A stretch of 62,954 bases of DNA, the filler included, from Octopus bimaculoides (taxonomy: Eukaryota), in NCBI RefSeq assembly GCF_001194135.2. It is 3 parts of 2 records of this genome, joined end to end, with 100 filler letters (N's around TTAATTAATTAA, not from the genome) between each part and the next. Parts side by side here need not be neighbours in the genome. Positions count along the whole stretch, not along the records: positions 1 to 31,032 come from NC_068984.1; positions 31,133 to 58,527 come from NC_068983.1; 1 more part is not named here. The stretch is one strand, 5' to 3'. The stretch's first letter is position 1; each line of letters starts with the position of its first letter. Under the pieces are notes generated by a model. It searched no databases. It saw only the letters and a list, made by a program, of their open reading frames with translations, and was not told where the DNA came from. This document shows, piece after piece, positions 26,679 through 39,399 of the stretch. The position numbers were made by a program, and so were the translations under genes.

Positions 26679-27659
26679 GTGAGTACTGTTAGTGTGGTTA
26701 ACAATTAAATTAAGACATGTCTTTTATGAGTTAAAATAAATCTATAAGAAAAAATATGATTTACTGAATAAGGATGGAATTCTCCAAAGAAACTTCATTC
26801 TAGGAATGAATTGTTGAAATAAATTACTATTATGAGTACTAAGTCATGAAACTTGGCCATGTTGTCTATTTTCATCATTATTTTAATGTCCACTTTCCAG
26901 TGCTTGTTTGGGTTGGACAGAGTTTATTGAGGCAGCTTTACTATGGCTTGATGCTCTGCCTTTTGCCACTTCCACATGGTTTCATGTAAGATAATATATC
27001 CCCCATAATATTTTCTATCTTCAATCACATTGTTTACATAGACAAATACTTAAATGAAAGTTTGTAACTTTCAATGCTAGCTCTAAATTCTATAGAAAAC
27101 CTGTAGAGATAAACTTAAAAGTGATTGTAACACACTGCTAATACAAAAGTAGGACATGATATTAACTTATAAAATTTTAATATAGTTGGTAGTATATTGT
27201 GGTTTCAAAACAAAATATGGTATCCATAAAAGCAGTTAATATATACAGGTATACAAATCTATGTATATGCATATATTATACATATATAGATATACACATA
27301 TACATGTATATGGATATAGATGTATGTTTGTGTGTATATATATATAATATACACACACACCATTCTTCATAACTAACCTCGTTCTTGATAACTCTCTCTC
27401 TCCCTCTCTCTTTCTCTCAGTGCAGGTAACTATGTACCCCCTTGTTTTTGCCTCTGTGTCACACTTTAGCCTTTCATCATCTGACACAAAATCGACTCCT
27501 CCAATGCCCCCCTCCCCTCTCAAAGATTTCTTGTCTTGCAAATTACTTGGTAACCCTGCTAGTGCACATGCCACATAAAAAGCATCCAGTCTGCACTGTA
27601 AAGGGGTTGGCATTTAGAAGGGCATCCAGCTGTTAAAACCATGCCAAATCACCACACTC

Positions 27660-29065
27660 CCTCCAAGCAAGGGTACAGTTGATTTCAAGCACCACTATCG
27701 TGCATACATGAACTCTTTCTCCAATCCAAATTCTAAACTATCAACCTCCTTAGCAACTCATATACTCAACCTTAAATCTCAAAATATTCCTTATTCCCTA
27801 TCCTGGTTCATAGTAAGTGAAGCCACCGCCCACATCATACAGTGCAAACATTGGTATGTGTAAATTATGTTTAAAAGAATCACTAACCATTCTTTGCCTT
27901 CACAATCCTTCATTACTTCATAGATTTTCAGATGTAATTTTCTCTTGTAAACACAGATACTACTCATCTTTTGTGCACTTTGTTAAATCTATGAATCCTG
28001 TGACTATAAATATCCAAACTAAATTTAACCTTGAACTAAGACAATGTCAGCCTAACAACCTTCTACCTAACAAATACTATCCCTTATTAATCCTTCTCAT
28101 ACATGTCTTTCAAAATCCTTCTAAACCACAACTTCCCACTTCCCTCATAGCTTCCCAACCCTCCTAACTACCTTTCTATTTCTCCTCCCTACCTAAAGTA
28201 CTTGATATTACCCAAATTCTTTGGATTTTAACCTGTTAACCTCTACCCCCTGCCTATTCACATCCTTCTATTATATTTCATACACCTCTGCATACCATAT
28301 CACTCCCCTCCATTACCATCCCAATTCCTTCACTGTACAAACAATTGTTATATAGACCATCAACTCACCCCACTCTATTACCCCTCTATCTTTTCTCATA
28401 CCTCAGTAATCTCACACAGCCACTGAACCAGTCAACTTATTTCCCTCAAGTAAAAGTGACTCCCTTTCTCACTATTCTAACCATTGATTTTACAGCCTTC
28501 ATATAGATTAACACAAAGGTTAACATTCACACACTACCTAAAACACCCTCTCCTCTTCCTTCTGCTTCTTTCTCTTTTGCTATAACTCCTTATTAACTCC
28601 TATCCCTTGAGATCTATTTTCTCCTCTAACTATTCTCTATTTGTATACCTCTCCAATTCTCCCCTCTAATACACTTAGCTCTCTACAAAATCATTCCATT
28701 CTTAATCTCCTTACTGTCAACACCTCAAATGTGAGACTTCTTCCCTGAAGACTGAGGCTCATTTCATCCAGCAGTGGAATCAATTTACAGTCATTACTTT
28801 GGACCACTGAGTCCACAGAATCAACTCTTTTCTTCAACCCCTTTAATTTCTGGTGTAATTTCTATTCAGTGTAAGCCAGGCCTTTTTGTATTTAAACATG
28901 TATACACTTTTTGTATTTCATGTATTAAATATTCTTTGTATATCGATCTGCCTAACTTGCTTATCCTTACATTTAATCCTCTATCTGCTCAAGTTTAAAC
29001 CTCTTGAGCACTAGGTGTATTCTATACAGAGAATATCTGATTCTCATCTATGAACATATATATAT
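27660..29065 (+). mobile_element. Penelope-like element 3' part: GIY-YIG remnant (~27660-28040), C/T-rich 3' region, decayed HHR (28745-28822), terminal hairpin
   Basis: GTVDFKHHYRAYMNSFSN..STSLATHILNLKSQNIPYSLSW, then after a frameshift YSANIGMCKLCLKESLTIL..LLHRFSDVIFSCKH. CTGAAGA at 28745. TGCTCAAG-N9-CTTGAGCA at 28986-29010. Confidence 0.75.
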
Positions 29066-29453
29066 TCTTTTATTTGATCCAGTCATTTGACTGCGGTCAT
29101 GCTGGAGCACTGCCTTTAGTCGAGCAAATCGACCCCAGGACTTATTCATTGTAAGCCTAGTACTTTTTCTATAGGTCTTTCTTGCCGAACTGCTAAGTAA
29201 CGGGGGACGTAAACACACCAGTATCGGTTGTCAAGCGATGTTGGGAGGACAAACACAGACACACAAACATATATACATATATACATATATACGACGGTCT
29301 TCTTTCAGTTTCCGTCTACCAAATCCACTCAAAAGGCATTGGTCGGCCCGAGGCTATAGTAGAAGAAACTTGCCCAAGGTGCCACGCAGTGGGACTGAAC
29401 CTGGAACCATGTGGTTGGTAAGCAAGCTACTTACCACACAGCCACTCCTGCAC
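29066..29453 (-). mobile_element. SINE family A
   Basis: Near-consensus reverse-complement copy. Confidence 0.85.
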
Positions 29454-29524
29454 CTGTATGTATGTATGTATGTATGTATGTATGAATGTATGTATGGATG
29501 TATGTGTGTATATATATATATATA

Positions 29525-30052
29525 AATGAGGGTGAAAAATAGCATCTACAATTGCAAGAAATGACAGCTAAAATTTAACTTGAACAGCCACACAAAAGCA
29601 CTAACCTCATGAATTATTCGAGACTGCACCCTCTTTTATCAATGTTACCTTTTTGATTTTAATTGCTATAGGTACATGCATTATAGTGTATTTAATATTC
29701 TATTATAATGTCTTGTTGTATGTTACTATACATTTTAACTGTTTTGAGTTTTAGCAATCACTTTCTAATGGTTTTTTTCTCCTGAATGAATGGGAGGTAA
29801 GCTATCTCTTTTAACCAGGAGTAATTGTAGAAACATCTGATGAGAAACAAGATCCTGTTGATCAAATTTCGAAATCACATGATAATGTTTTATCAAACTA
29901 CTTTATTCCGTGAGTGTATCTCACCAATGAAAGATATGGCTTGCTGCTCACAGTCCAAAATATTTCATGAGGTTAGTGCTTTTGTGTGGCTGTTTGAGTT
30001 AAATTTTAGCTGACATTTCTAGCAATTGTAGGTGCTATTTTGCACCCTCATT
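29525..30052. mobile_element. 528-bp MITE-like element with 102-bp TIRs and TA flanks
   Basis: 29525-29626 against the reverse complement of 29951-30052 is ungapped with about 10 mismatches by eye. TA at 29523-29524 and 30053-30054. Confidence 0.85.
29831..29890 (+). ncRNA. Intact type-I hammerhead ribozyme (AUA cleavage triplet)
   Basis: AAACAT-CTGATGA-GAAAcaaGATCctgttGATCaaaTTTC-GAA-ATC-acat-GAT-A-ATGTTT. Stem I is 6 bp, stem II 4+4 bp, stem III 3 bp. Predicted cut after 29884. Confidence 0.8.
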
Positions 30053-31217
30053 TATTAATTTTAATTTTTGGTCTTAATTGCTGCATATGCCATATATATA
30101 TATATATATATATGTTGGGCTTCTTCCTAGTTTCTCTTTACCAAATTCACACATAAGACATTGACCTACCTGATGCTATAGTAAAAGACACTTGTTCAAG
30201 ATGACACACTGTTGGATCGAGCCTTAAAGAACATGGTTGGGAACCTAATTTCTTAACCACAGAATCATGCCTGTGCCTACACATACACGCATACACACAC
30301 ACACACACACAAACTTATATATATATATGAATTTATAAAATTTATATTATAGAAATGAGTGTGTATATGTGTGTAAGTATGTATAATTATTTACCATTCA
30401 CTGTTTCATTTCAATATTTCACCATCCTAACAAACGCCACTGACAGCCCTGAAAAAATAAAAGAGCGTAAACCTTAGAAATCCATAGATAAAGTATTTAT
30501 GTATGTTGTACTTCAGAAACTGAAATTTCTCCACCCATCGTCTCATCCTCACACATAGAAAGTATATCAATAGCCACTGAAAAAAGTATTGCATAAATGT
30601 CATTGTTGATTTTTCTTTTTTTTTTTTATTGGTATTGGGAAAGGGTTTTTTTTCAATAAAAAAATAAATACAAGAAGAAAAGTAATGGCAAACAAAAGAA
30701 ATTTGTTTTAAATAAAATAAATTAGAATAACAACATTAATTAAAATAAAAAATAAAAACGATCTGCAATGAAAAAAAAAAAAAAAAAAAAGAGCCAAGCA
30801 ACACAGAAGAGAAATAAATTAATTTTATCCAGCCTTAACCAAACACTACAAAAAAAAAAAATGTAAAAAAAATAAATGAAGAACTGTACTTGAAATTCAA
30901 TGAAAATTTCTCCAGTAACCGTTATAAGAGAAGAAAAAGGGATACACATAGACACATATATGTATGTATGCATGTATGTATGTATGTATGTATGTATGTA
31001 TGTATGTATGTATGTATGTATGTATATATATANNNNNNNNNNNNNNNNNNNNNNNNNNNNNNNNNNNNNNNNNNNNTTAATTAATTAANNNNNNNNNNNN
31101 NNNNNNNNNNNNNNNNNNNNNNNNNNNNNNNNTGCTCAAGTTTAAATATCTTGAGCAATACAAAGTGTATTTTATACGGAGAACATCTAGATCTCATCTA
31201 CGAACTATATGTGTGTG

Positions 31218-31261
<44 letters not shown>

Positions 31262-34200
31262 GCATGTAATATATACGCCTTTATAATATGTGCATGATGC
31301 AGGCATGTGTGTGTATGTGTATATCTGTCTGCATGTGTACATAAACTTAATCCGCTACTTGATGTCCAGATTTACTTTTATCATCCGACAAATAATTTGT
31401 ACCTCGCTGATACAAAAACCTAATAAGCCATATATCTGTCAGGGAAGATTATTTCACTTGATCGCATTTTCATGTTTGTTTTGTCTACTCAATGTACGGT
31501 TATACTTAAAACACCAAGGTATTTTTTTTCTTTTTTGACGCGTAACACTGCTGACAGGAGTTTGCCTGTCCTGCAGCCAGCTTTTGTCACAAATATAATA
31601 TCTACGAACCTCATCTGAGATTGGTCACCGGTGATGGAATTAAGAAACTTTCCTTTAATATAGTATTTGAAAAAATTACTAGGAATTCTATATTGAAGAG
31701 GACTCTTCTGTATAGTAATACAAGGATTTTGAATTCAATGTAGCATTATATTCATTGCGTATTATTTGAGTTTACCACAGTAGACTATTAATGGCAACAC
31801 TTGAAAAATAACATTATCCTCTAGTAGTACCATAAATTCTACATATTTTTGTAAAGATTCGTAATGCGGATACTAAATATGGAACTATATTTGAAATATT
31901 AATACCTACCAACAGTGCCATCACTACTGAACAATAATTGTTACTTAGATATATGAAAAATTTAATAGATGATGGCATGTTAGTCATTAGATTTACTTAA
32001 AAGCGTGATTGCAATTCATGGTTGATGCATCGTTTATATTTGATATACGAGTTCTAAATATACGTATTTATACCACATATAATGAGAAAGTTGACTTCAG
32101 ATACTATTACTAGAGCACATCAAACAAAACACACCATGTGTTTTTCTGGTACCAAAAGGTTTGCTAGTTATAAATTCTCTAAGATTTTCACGAATGAGAC
32201 ATTTCAGTACGACATATGAGTGGCAAGCGATAGCATAATTTCTAAAAACATATGAAGTGTAAAGGAAATATAGAATTAAAGAGGCTTAGTTAATCTCACT
32301 GGGAAGGTTTTATATTTTATTTCGACCTCTATTACCAATAAAGACACGTGGGAAGAGATTTAATCGAAACCGTCTACATATGCTTCGTGTTAAATACTTG
32401 TCCTTTGCAATAAAACTTTGCTCGCTAGTTACGTTTAACATAACATACTCCATTTCGTTTTCCTATAAATCAAACTTTCCCATCGGAAATCGAAACAAAT
32501 TATTAGGTCATAAATCATAAGCTTACCAACGCTAATGCAGAAATGCATTTCAACAAAATATATCTAATATAGTATCTGTGTAACTTGGTTGTTTCGTTTT
32601 CGATAAATGAAATAGAGTTACAAACATACTTCCCACTTGTTGCCAGTTGTATTGGAAGCTGCAGATAGTTCTTGATCTACATGCCCATTTTACGAGACGT
32701 TATTCCAGTTTGAATAATCATCTCTTTTTAATAAGACCTATCATTTGTGGATATCAATTTGTGGATATCAATTTGTGGATATCCCCACAAAATATTACTC
32801 AGGTTAGCGTTTTACGTACCCTTGGACGAATGTTAATGAGATTCCTTACGTTGGCAGGTTGTAACAGGAGACGTTTTTCAATATGAGAATAGATTGAACT
32901 GTATGGTTATAACATACCTAGTGGAATTCGTGTTTCTATCTCAGAAAGACCTTATTTAATACAAACAATACTCCTGTTTCATTCTGCAGCGAAGAACGTC
33001 GTTTCACATTTCTGCAATAAAAATATGTATGCCTACATATGAACAAGAGGAACAGTAACTTTAGAATGCCTTGTAAATTTGATGTCTGGTATACTACTGC
33101 AACTTGCAATTGTTAAAGGAACAGCTCACACTCTTGAGAATCCTTCACATTGCAGAGCAAGATAAATTTCATTATTTATTACAATAGAATTGTACATTTC
33201 CCTACTGGCTGATAGACACAATTTTTACGGCCACTCTTAGCATTTAAATCTGATAAAATAGTTTGATTGAATGCAAAGAAGCATACCAGACAAGAGGTTT
33301 CAACGTTATGAAAATTATTTCTTAAGTTCCATGATTTTCTCGAAGCGATTGCATACGATTTAGCAAAATATATAAAAGAAAGAATATTGGCAAGCAATCA
33401 ATGTGTGATAGTGAACTTAAATCGCTTATAGCAACAAACCTATTGAATTATGTAAACTCTACAAATATTTGAAATCTAAATTCCCAATAGAATGAAATTG
33501 CTTGAAATAATTTGGTTTTCCTTCAAGTTTTGTTTTTATTTATCACGCTTAGTTTCTTATATTCAGAGATAATTTTATTTTCATCTAACCGTATTGTATT
33601 GATTAGTTCGCTGTAGGTTTTAAAATGCTAGACAGCAATTATATTCATGTTCAGTACAAAGCAAATGTATGTTTTCGAAAATATTATTATTTGAATGGGA
33701 AGCTATGGGATGATAATCCACTAACTGAGTCATATATTCGTTAGAATTTGTATTATTGACCGATAATCTTATTCTGCGAGATTTCGATTTCATGTACTGT
33801 ACATTGCAATTCCTCATACTTCCATGCTAGGAAAGTAAAACTAGTAACAAAAGAATCTGGGATAAGGGATACACTATATTCATTTTCGAAATAATTTCCT
33901 CTATGGAATGACTTCTAAGCAATATCACACTCTCAAATGGTACTTTACAGTACATCGGCAACACAAATTTTCTAAATGTTGTGAGTTTATGAAAGCTACC
34001 AATCTAAAATTACACGTTACAATCACTTCTAACGCATTTCGTCAAATTCTGAACAATTCCCACAGCCATTTCTTACGACAACGGAATTCTTTTCGTACTT
34101 GTACTACCTTAATGACAGATGCAACTTACCGACATGCACCAATTAAATGTTAACACCATCCACGCTTTGCTTAAAAAAAACTCAACCTTTTAAATTAAAA

Positions 34201-34851
34201 GGGAAACAAAATACCACTTCTTTGCCACTTCTTATATTACTAACAAATATACTTTCAGCTAGAACGTCTACCCGCTGTATTAACGAAACCTTTCTATATA
34301 ATTAACTCAAAAGTCTGATGCGCCAAAAAGAAATAACAGCCAAATATTCTCAAATCACATGTACCCTTATTGAATGGATAATCAAAGCAGAAAAGGGTTG
34401 TATTACTGGACCTGTTCCATCAAGGCTTTCTGGTTCTGAATGGGTTTGAAATGTTTCTATAATTCGTCCAAGATTGTCTTTTCTGTTTTATTCTCAAACA
34501 TTTAAATAGTACACTTACACTTGTTTAAAACTATATTGGGTTAGAAATTTATTGTGTACATAAATATACGGATGTTCACCTTTAATGGCAATATACGAAC
34601 TCAGTCAATTTATATTTTCTCTCGTTTATTTGAACCAACGATGAAACTTTTAAACTATTTCTGTCTCATAGAAAAGCAGCTATATTTCCCTCAGCTTAAA
34701 CACTACTTGTTTTATAAACAGGAAGAGAGATAAGTTTATATAATCTTCAGCGTGCTATAAAAATATATGTGGAACGAAGAAAGAAGTATGCATTTACGAA
34801 AATGATCAGCAGTTATATAATATTGTTCTGTAAACCGTAAGCAGACATATG

Positions 34852-35695
34852 GGATCTTTTTGGTTTGACGGACAACATTTTTTTATGTAGTGTTTTTTGG
34901 TACCGAAACACTTTCAAACTTCGAATACTTGTATATTCTGTGTTATAGAACACATAAATAATTTTGTATTCGAAGTTATTTCATGTAAAACATTGTCGCA
35001 TTTCGGTAATTTCAACCAATCACTGACGACTATTGAGGTGAAAACAATTACGCCGTGGAATGTAAACAACGGCGTGAGGGGATCTTTTCCCATGAATAAA
35101 ATTAGTGCCGTTGTTTGTCAACAAAAACTATCCGTTGTCAACAACAACTATCAGCTGTATATATTTCGTTTGTCACTGTTATTTATGACATCGTTCGTGC
35201 GTTTGTACTGGTTTTAGCTTTAGGGTTTTAGGGTTAGGGTTCAAGTTTTAGAGTTAGGGTTAGTTTTAGGATTACGGTTAGGGTTATGATTATTTTTGCC
35301 ATAACCTTAACCCTAACCCTAAAACCCTATAACTCATAACCATAACCCTAACCCTAACCCTAAAACCCTAACTCTAACTCTAAAACCCGAACCCTAAAAC
35401 CCTAAACCCTTACTAGGCAATTATGATATAATTAAACAGGGAATAACACTCTTAACACCGGTAAAAATTATTGTTTATAAAAAGAGCAGTAACTATATTC
35501 AGCTGAATAGACGTCAGTGATTGGTTGAAATTACAGAAATACGACAACTTTAACATGAAATAAGTTATTAGAAAGTAATTTTTGTTAAGAAGGCTAAGAG
35601 AAAAAGATGTCTTATATGACACATTCTACCAGTATCCCAAGTTTGAAAGTGTTTCGTTAAGAAAACAAGTCTTGCCCGTCAAACCAAAAAGATCC
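34852..35695. mobile_element. Foldback/MITE-like element with ~185-bp imperfect TIRs and internal inverted telomere-like repeats
   Basis: GGATCTTTTTGGTTTGACGG at 34852 mirrors CCGTCAAACCAAAAAGATCC ending at 35695. Further mirrored blocks extend to 35034 and 35506. TTAGGG-like then CCCTAA-like runs at 35212-35411. Confidence 0.8.
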
Positions 35696-37934
35696 GAAAT
35701 ATGTTGTGTTCACATCCAGTACAGTTTCTACTCTATTTCTTCGAACTGAGAGGAAATGAGTAAATTTAACACCTCTCGTATATTTATTTCGATATGCATT
35801 GTGCCACTTCAACTGAATTTTACTAATTCTATTTATCGTGTAACATCTCTGGCCCAAGCTGGTTTATTTTCAAATTTCAGCTGCTATACTTTTCTTTTTG
35901 ATTTTATTTTCCTTGACAAAGGCGACAGCTCAACAGAAAGACAGAAAATAAATCCAATAATTCTCGAAGTAGATTTGGTTGTGAACACAAGAACTTATAA
36001 CTGGTTTTTGTTCCTTTGATTGTTGTTTGTTTTTTTTTCTTTGTTTCTTGGCAATATTTCTTGTTATTGCAAAGAGAAGAATGGCAGACTTTACGCACAA
36101 AATGTCAGTATAAAACATAAAAACAGAGAATGCAATTAATAACCCTTGTTAATAATCCAGGAACCTGGAAATCATTTCAAGCTTAGCATGTCTTAGAAAT
36201 GTATATTCTACAGTGTTACATCACTAAAATATTGAAACTCGTAAATTTGTTACCTACCTTATCAAAAATACTCTATATTAACCAATGAATAATCAGCAAT
36301 AGGTAAGCATTTATATCTATCAGTTATACCAGTCATTGTGGCGAAAGGTTGAACGTTCAAATACTTTTATCACTTTTCTAATTTATATATTTCTTTTTCA
36401 CGTTGTGTACGTTTTATTTTTCTTCATATTATTTACATTATATTTCTCATTTCCCTACAAACTGATTTCTAATATATCAGCTGCATTGTGAAAATACATT
36501 TTAATTATTATAGCCGCTCTTTTACTGACATTTTGCGTTTACAATAGAATAAACTGGGCATATGTAAACAAAGAAAATATTTAATGTGTGAGGGAAATTA
36601 AACTCTAAATAACTGAGTAAACTGTTTAATTTTCTCTGATTTTTAAATGAAGAACAATGTGGTGTTACTATTTAATAGCAAAACATCATACAATACCGAC
36701 TTTTACAGACTTTTCACGGCATTTCCTACTCCAATTTCTAAATGTACCAGGGATAATATAATTATTTCGAATAGAGATTAATAGTTCAAGAATAATAGGA
36801 GTTTGATATTGCTCGTAACGGAGGTTAGAATTAGACATTCCGATACAAATTATGGTAGGAAAATTGTGTCTGCATACGAACTAAAATGGAACGTCTAGTT
36901 TTGAAATATTTATCTAAATCCTAATTCCCCTGTGAAGGGAAATGTTATTGCTTTGCAATCTTATATGAGGGTATCTTGTAACCCTCATTGGTTGAAGTAA
37001 TTATAAGACAAAATCGGTTGATCGCAAAGAGAATTAGATTCAGAAAGAGGAAACAGGCGAAAAAGTGAACGATTACTGATAAGCATGCTGTGAGTTTCAG
37101 CAAGAAAACTGAACATATATGGTTAGCTGAAAGGAATCAGATAAAAATGTAATTTAAGTACAGATTACATTGAATAAATGGAACAAGTTGTGTACAGAAT
37201 GACAATAACATACCGAAAGTAAAGAAATAAATCTTGTTAAAGTATGTGAGAAAGAAATTATTTTGTTATTTAAGAGAAAATTTTAAAAATACCCGTGGAA
37301 ATATTCAAGTAAGCAGCTTTGATAAAACGATCTCTACTTCATTTTTATAACGAAAGTAAGAAAACAGCATAAATGAGAAAGGGAATACATAACAATGTGA
37401 AAAATCAATCACCTAAAAAAAAGAACACATTTTGGGAACTTCGACTATGAAAAAGAATGAATAACTTTGCTCTGAACACAAACTAATTTGTTTCTCAGTT
37501 TCAGCTTGAACATAAATAATCGACTCACATTAAAACAACTTATCATTTTGAGTCCTGAAATATATGGTAAAAGTGTAAAGCTTATCTACATGTCAGGATA
37601 ACATTTATATTCTGCATAAGGTCTTTTGGAAACCCTACATTCTAAAGACTAATCTCATCTTCGTGTAACATGTATACACACAATTATATTATTAACTTTG
37701 CAAATTTAAATTTGCATATTTAAGACAGCAATTAAGTTTAACAGGAAGATAAGGTGATACACAATTATAAAATAATATGTATTTATGTTCTGTCTATGGG
37801 AATTAATATTAGATTATAAATAACAACATGTTTAACATTGATGGATCTTTTCCAATGTTTTAAAGTCACTTTCTCAAGATTATTGTAATAAATTTTCATC
37901 CTCATCTAGGAGAGGAAGTGAAATAAAATTTCTT

Positions 37935-38169
37935 ATTTCTTTACTGCCCATAAGGGGCTACACACAGAGGGGACAAACAAGGACAGACAAATGTATTAAG
38001 TCGATTATATCGACCCCAGTGCGTAACTGGTACTTATTTAATCGACCCCGAAAGGATGAAAGGCAAAGTCGAACTCGGCTGAATTTGAACTCAGAACGTA
38101 GCGGCAGACGAAATACCGCTAAGCATTTCGCCCGGAGTGCTAACGATTCTGCCAGCTCATCGCCTATAT
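37935..38169 (-). mobile_element. SINE family B with 20-bp TSD
   Basis: Direct repeat GAAGTGAAATAAAATTTCTT at 37915-37934 and 38170-38189. Confidence 0.9.
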
Positions 38170-38659
38170 GAAGTGAAATAAAATTTCTTTAATCCTATTC
38201 TCTTGCTCCAAGTTTTAAAGGAGTAAAGCCAGTAAGTTTATTTGAAATACTAGGGTTAATACGAAAAATTACACAGGTCAATATTTAAAAATAGTTTCAG
38301 TAATTTAGTAATCCTCTTCAATATTTACTCCGATCTAAGTAAAAGTATAATACTAAATTAAAAATCTCAAACTTTACAACTGACTTCTAGAATTCATATT
38401 TTTCATTGAGCTTAGCAGAGTATAAAGAGAGAGAATGGCTTTCTCGCGTTTAACAAAGAAACTCGCTCCCAATGATCAGTTAAAGTCTATACATATACTA
38501 ATGGTTTCTTTTGCCGGCTCAGTATGTTACGTGTAGGAAAGTGATCTAACACTGGCTGCCATACGATGGAGGAAAAAACACAAACATAAACACATACGAA
38601 CTTACATAGAAATAAATATAAAAATCAACTGACAACGATAGTTCCTTCTTATATAGGCA

Positions 38660-38830
38660 CGCGGCCGAAAATTTTGGAAGAGGCGACTAGTGGATTACAT
38701 TGATCCCAGTGCATAACTTGTGAATATTTCGTCGGCCCGGAATGAATAAAAGGCAAAGTCGACCTTGGTGGAATTTGAACTCAGATTGTAAAGACGGATG
38801 AAATGCCGCAAAGTATTTTGCACAGCACAC
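38660..38830 (-). mobile_element. SINE family B variant with a different tail
   Basis: Shares ggcaaagtcgaccttgg..atttgaactcag and the central domain with family B. The tail differs (gaagaggcgactagtggattac). Confidence 0.6.
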
Positions 38831-39399
38831 AGCTTAGCACGCAACTGTTCATAGCCTGCTCGCACTTGTAAATATTTATTATTCATAGGAATACGTATTG
38901 CACAAAAACCTTCTCTCATCTCCCTAATTCTTTCGCGTTTCCTCAGTGACCACTGGCATATATATATATATATATATATATAAATATATATGTGTGTGTG
39001 TGTATGTATNNNNNNNNNNNNNNNNNNNNNNNNNNNNNNNNNNNNNNNNNNNNNNNNNNNNNNNNNNNNNNNNNNNNNNNNNNNNNNNNNNNNNNNNNNN
39101 NNNNNNNNNNNNNNNNNNNNNNNNNNNNNNNNNNNCATATATATATATATATATATATATAAATATATATGTGTGTGTGTGTATGTATGTATGTATATAT
39201 GGGCGTGTGTATATTTATATGTCTATCTATACACACACATAAGCACACACACATATGTTGTCTAATCAACGCATTATATAGTTATGAGCTAAGAAAGTTT
39301 CATCCGTTGAAAATGTTATGTAAGCAGGATTTAATAATCTGCTGGCCTTGAGCGCATGGACTATGTAAGTTACAAATCAGGACAATAGAAAAGACACAG

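Noticed and set aside
31077-31088. TTAATTAATTAA island between N runs (also 58572-58583)
   Set aside because: An identical six-frame-stop palindrome inside gaps at two places is a scaffolding spacer, not biology.
32346-32379. GGAAGA-GATttaATC-GAAACCGTC hammerhead-like string
   Set aside because: The CUGA part of the core is missing and stem I is weak, so it is not distinguishable from chance.
35212-35411. True telomere-telomere chromosome fusion site
   Set aside because: The arrays are short, degenerate and enclosed by long TIRs, which fits a transposon better. Reported as a foldback element instead.
35889-35950. Signal-peptide-like frame AILFFLILFSLTKATAQQ after a TTTCAG acceptor
   Set aside because: Ends in a stop a few codons later with no donor site; T-rich sequence readily gives hydrophobic frames.
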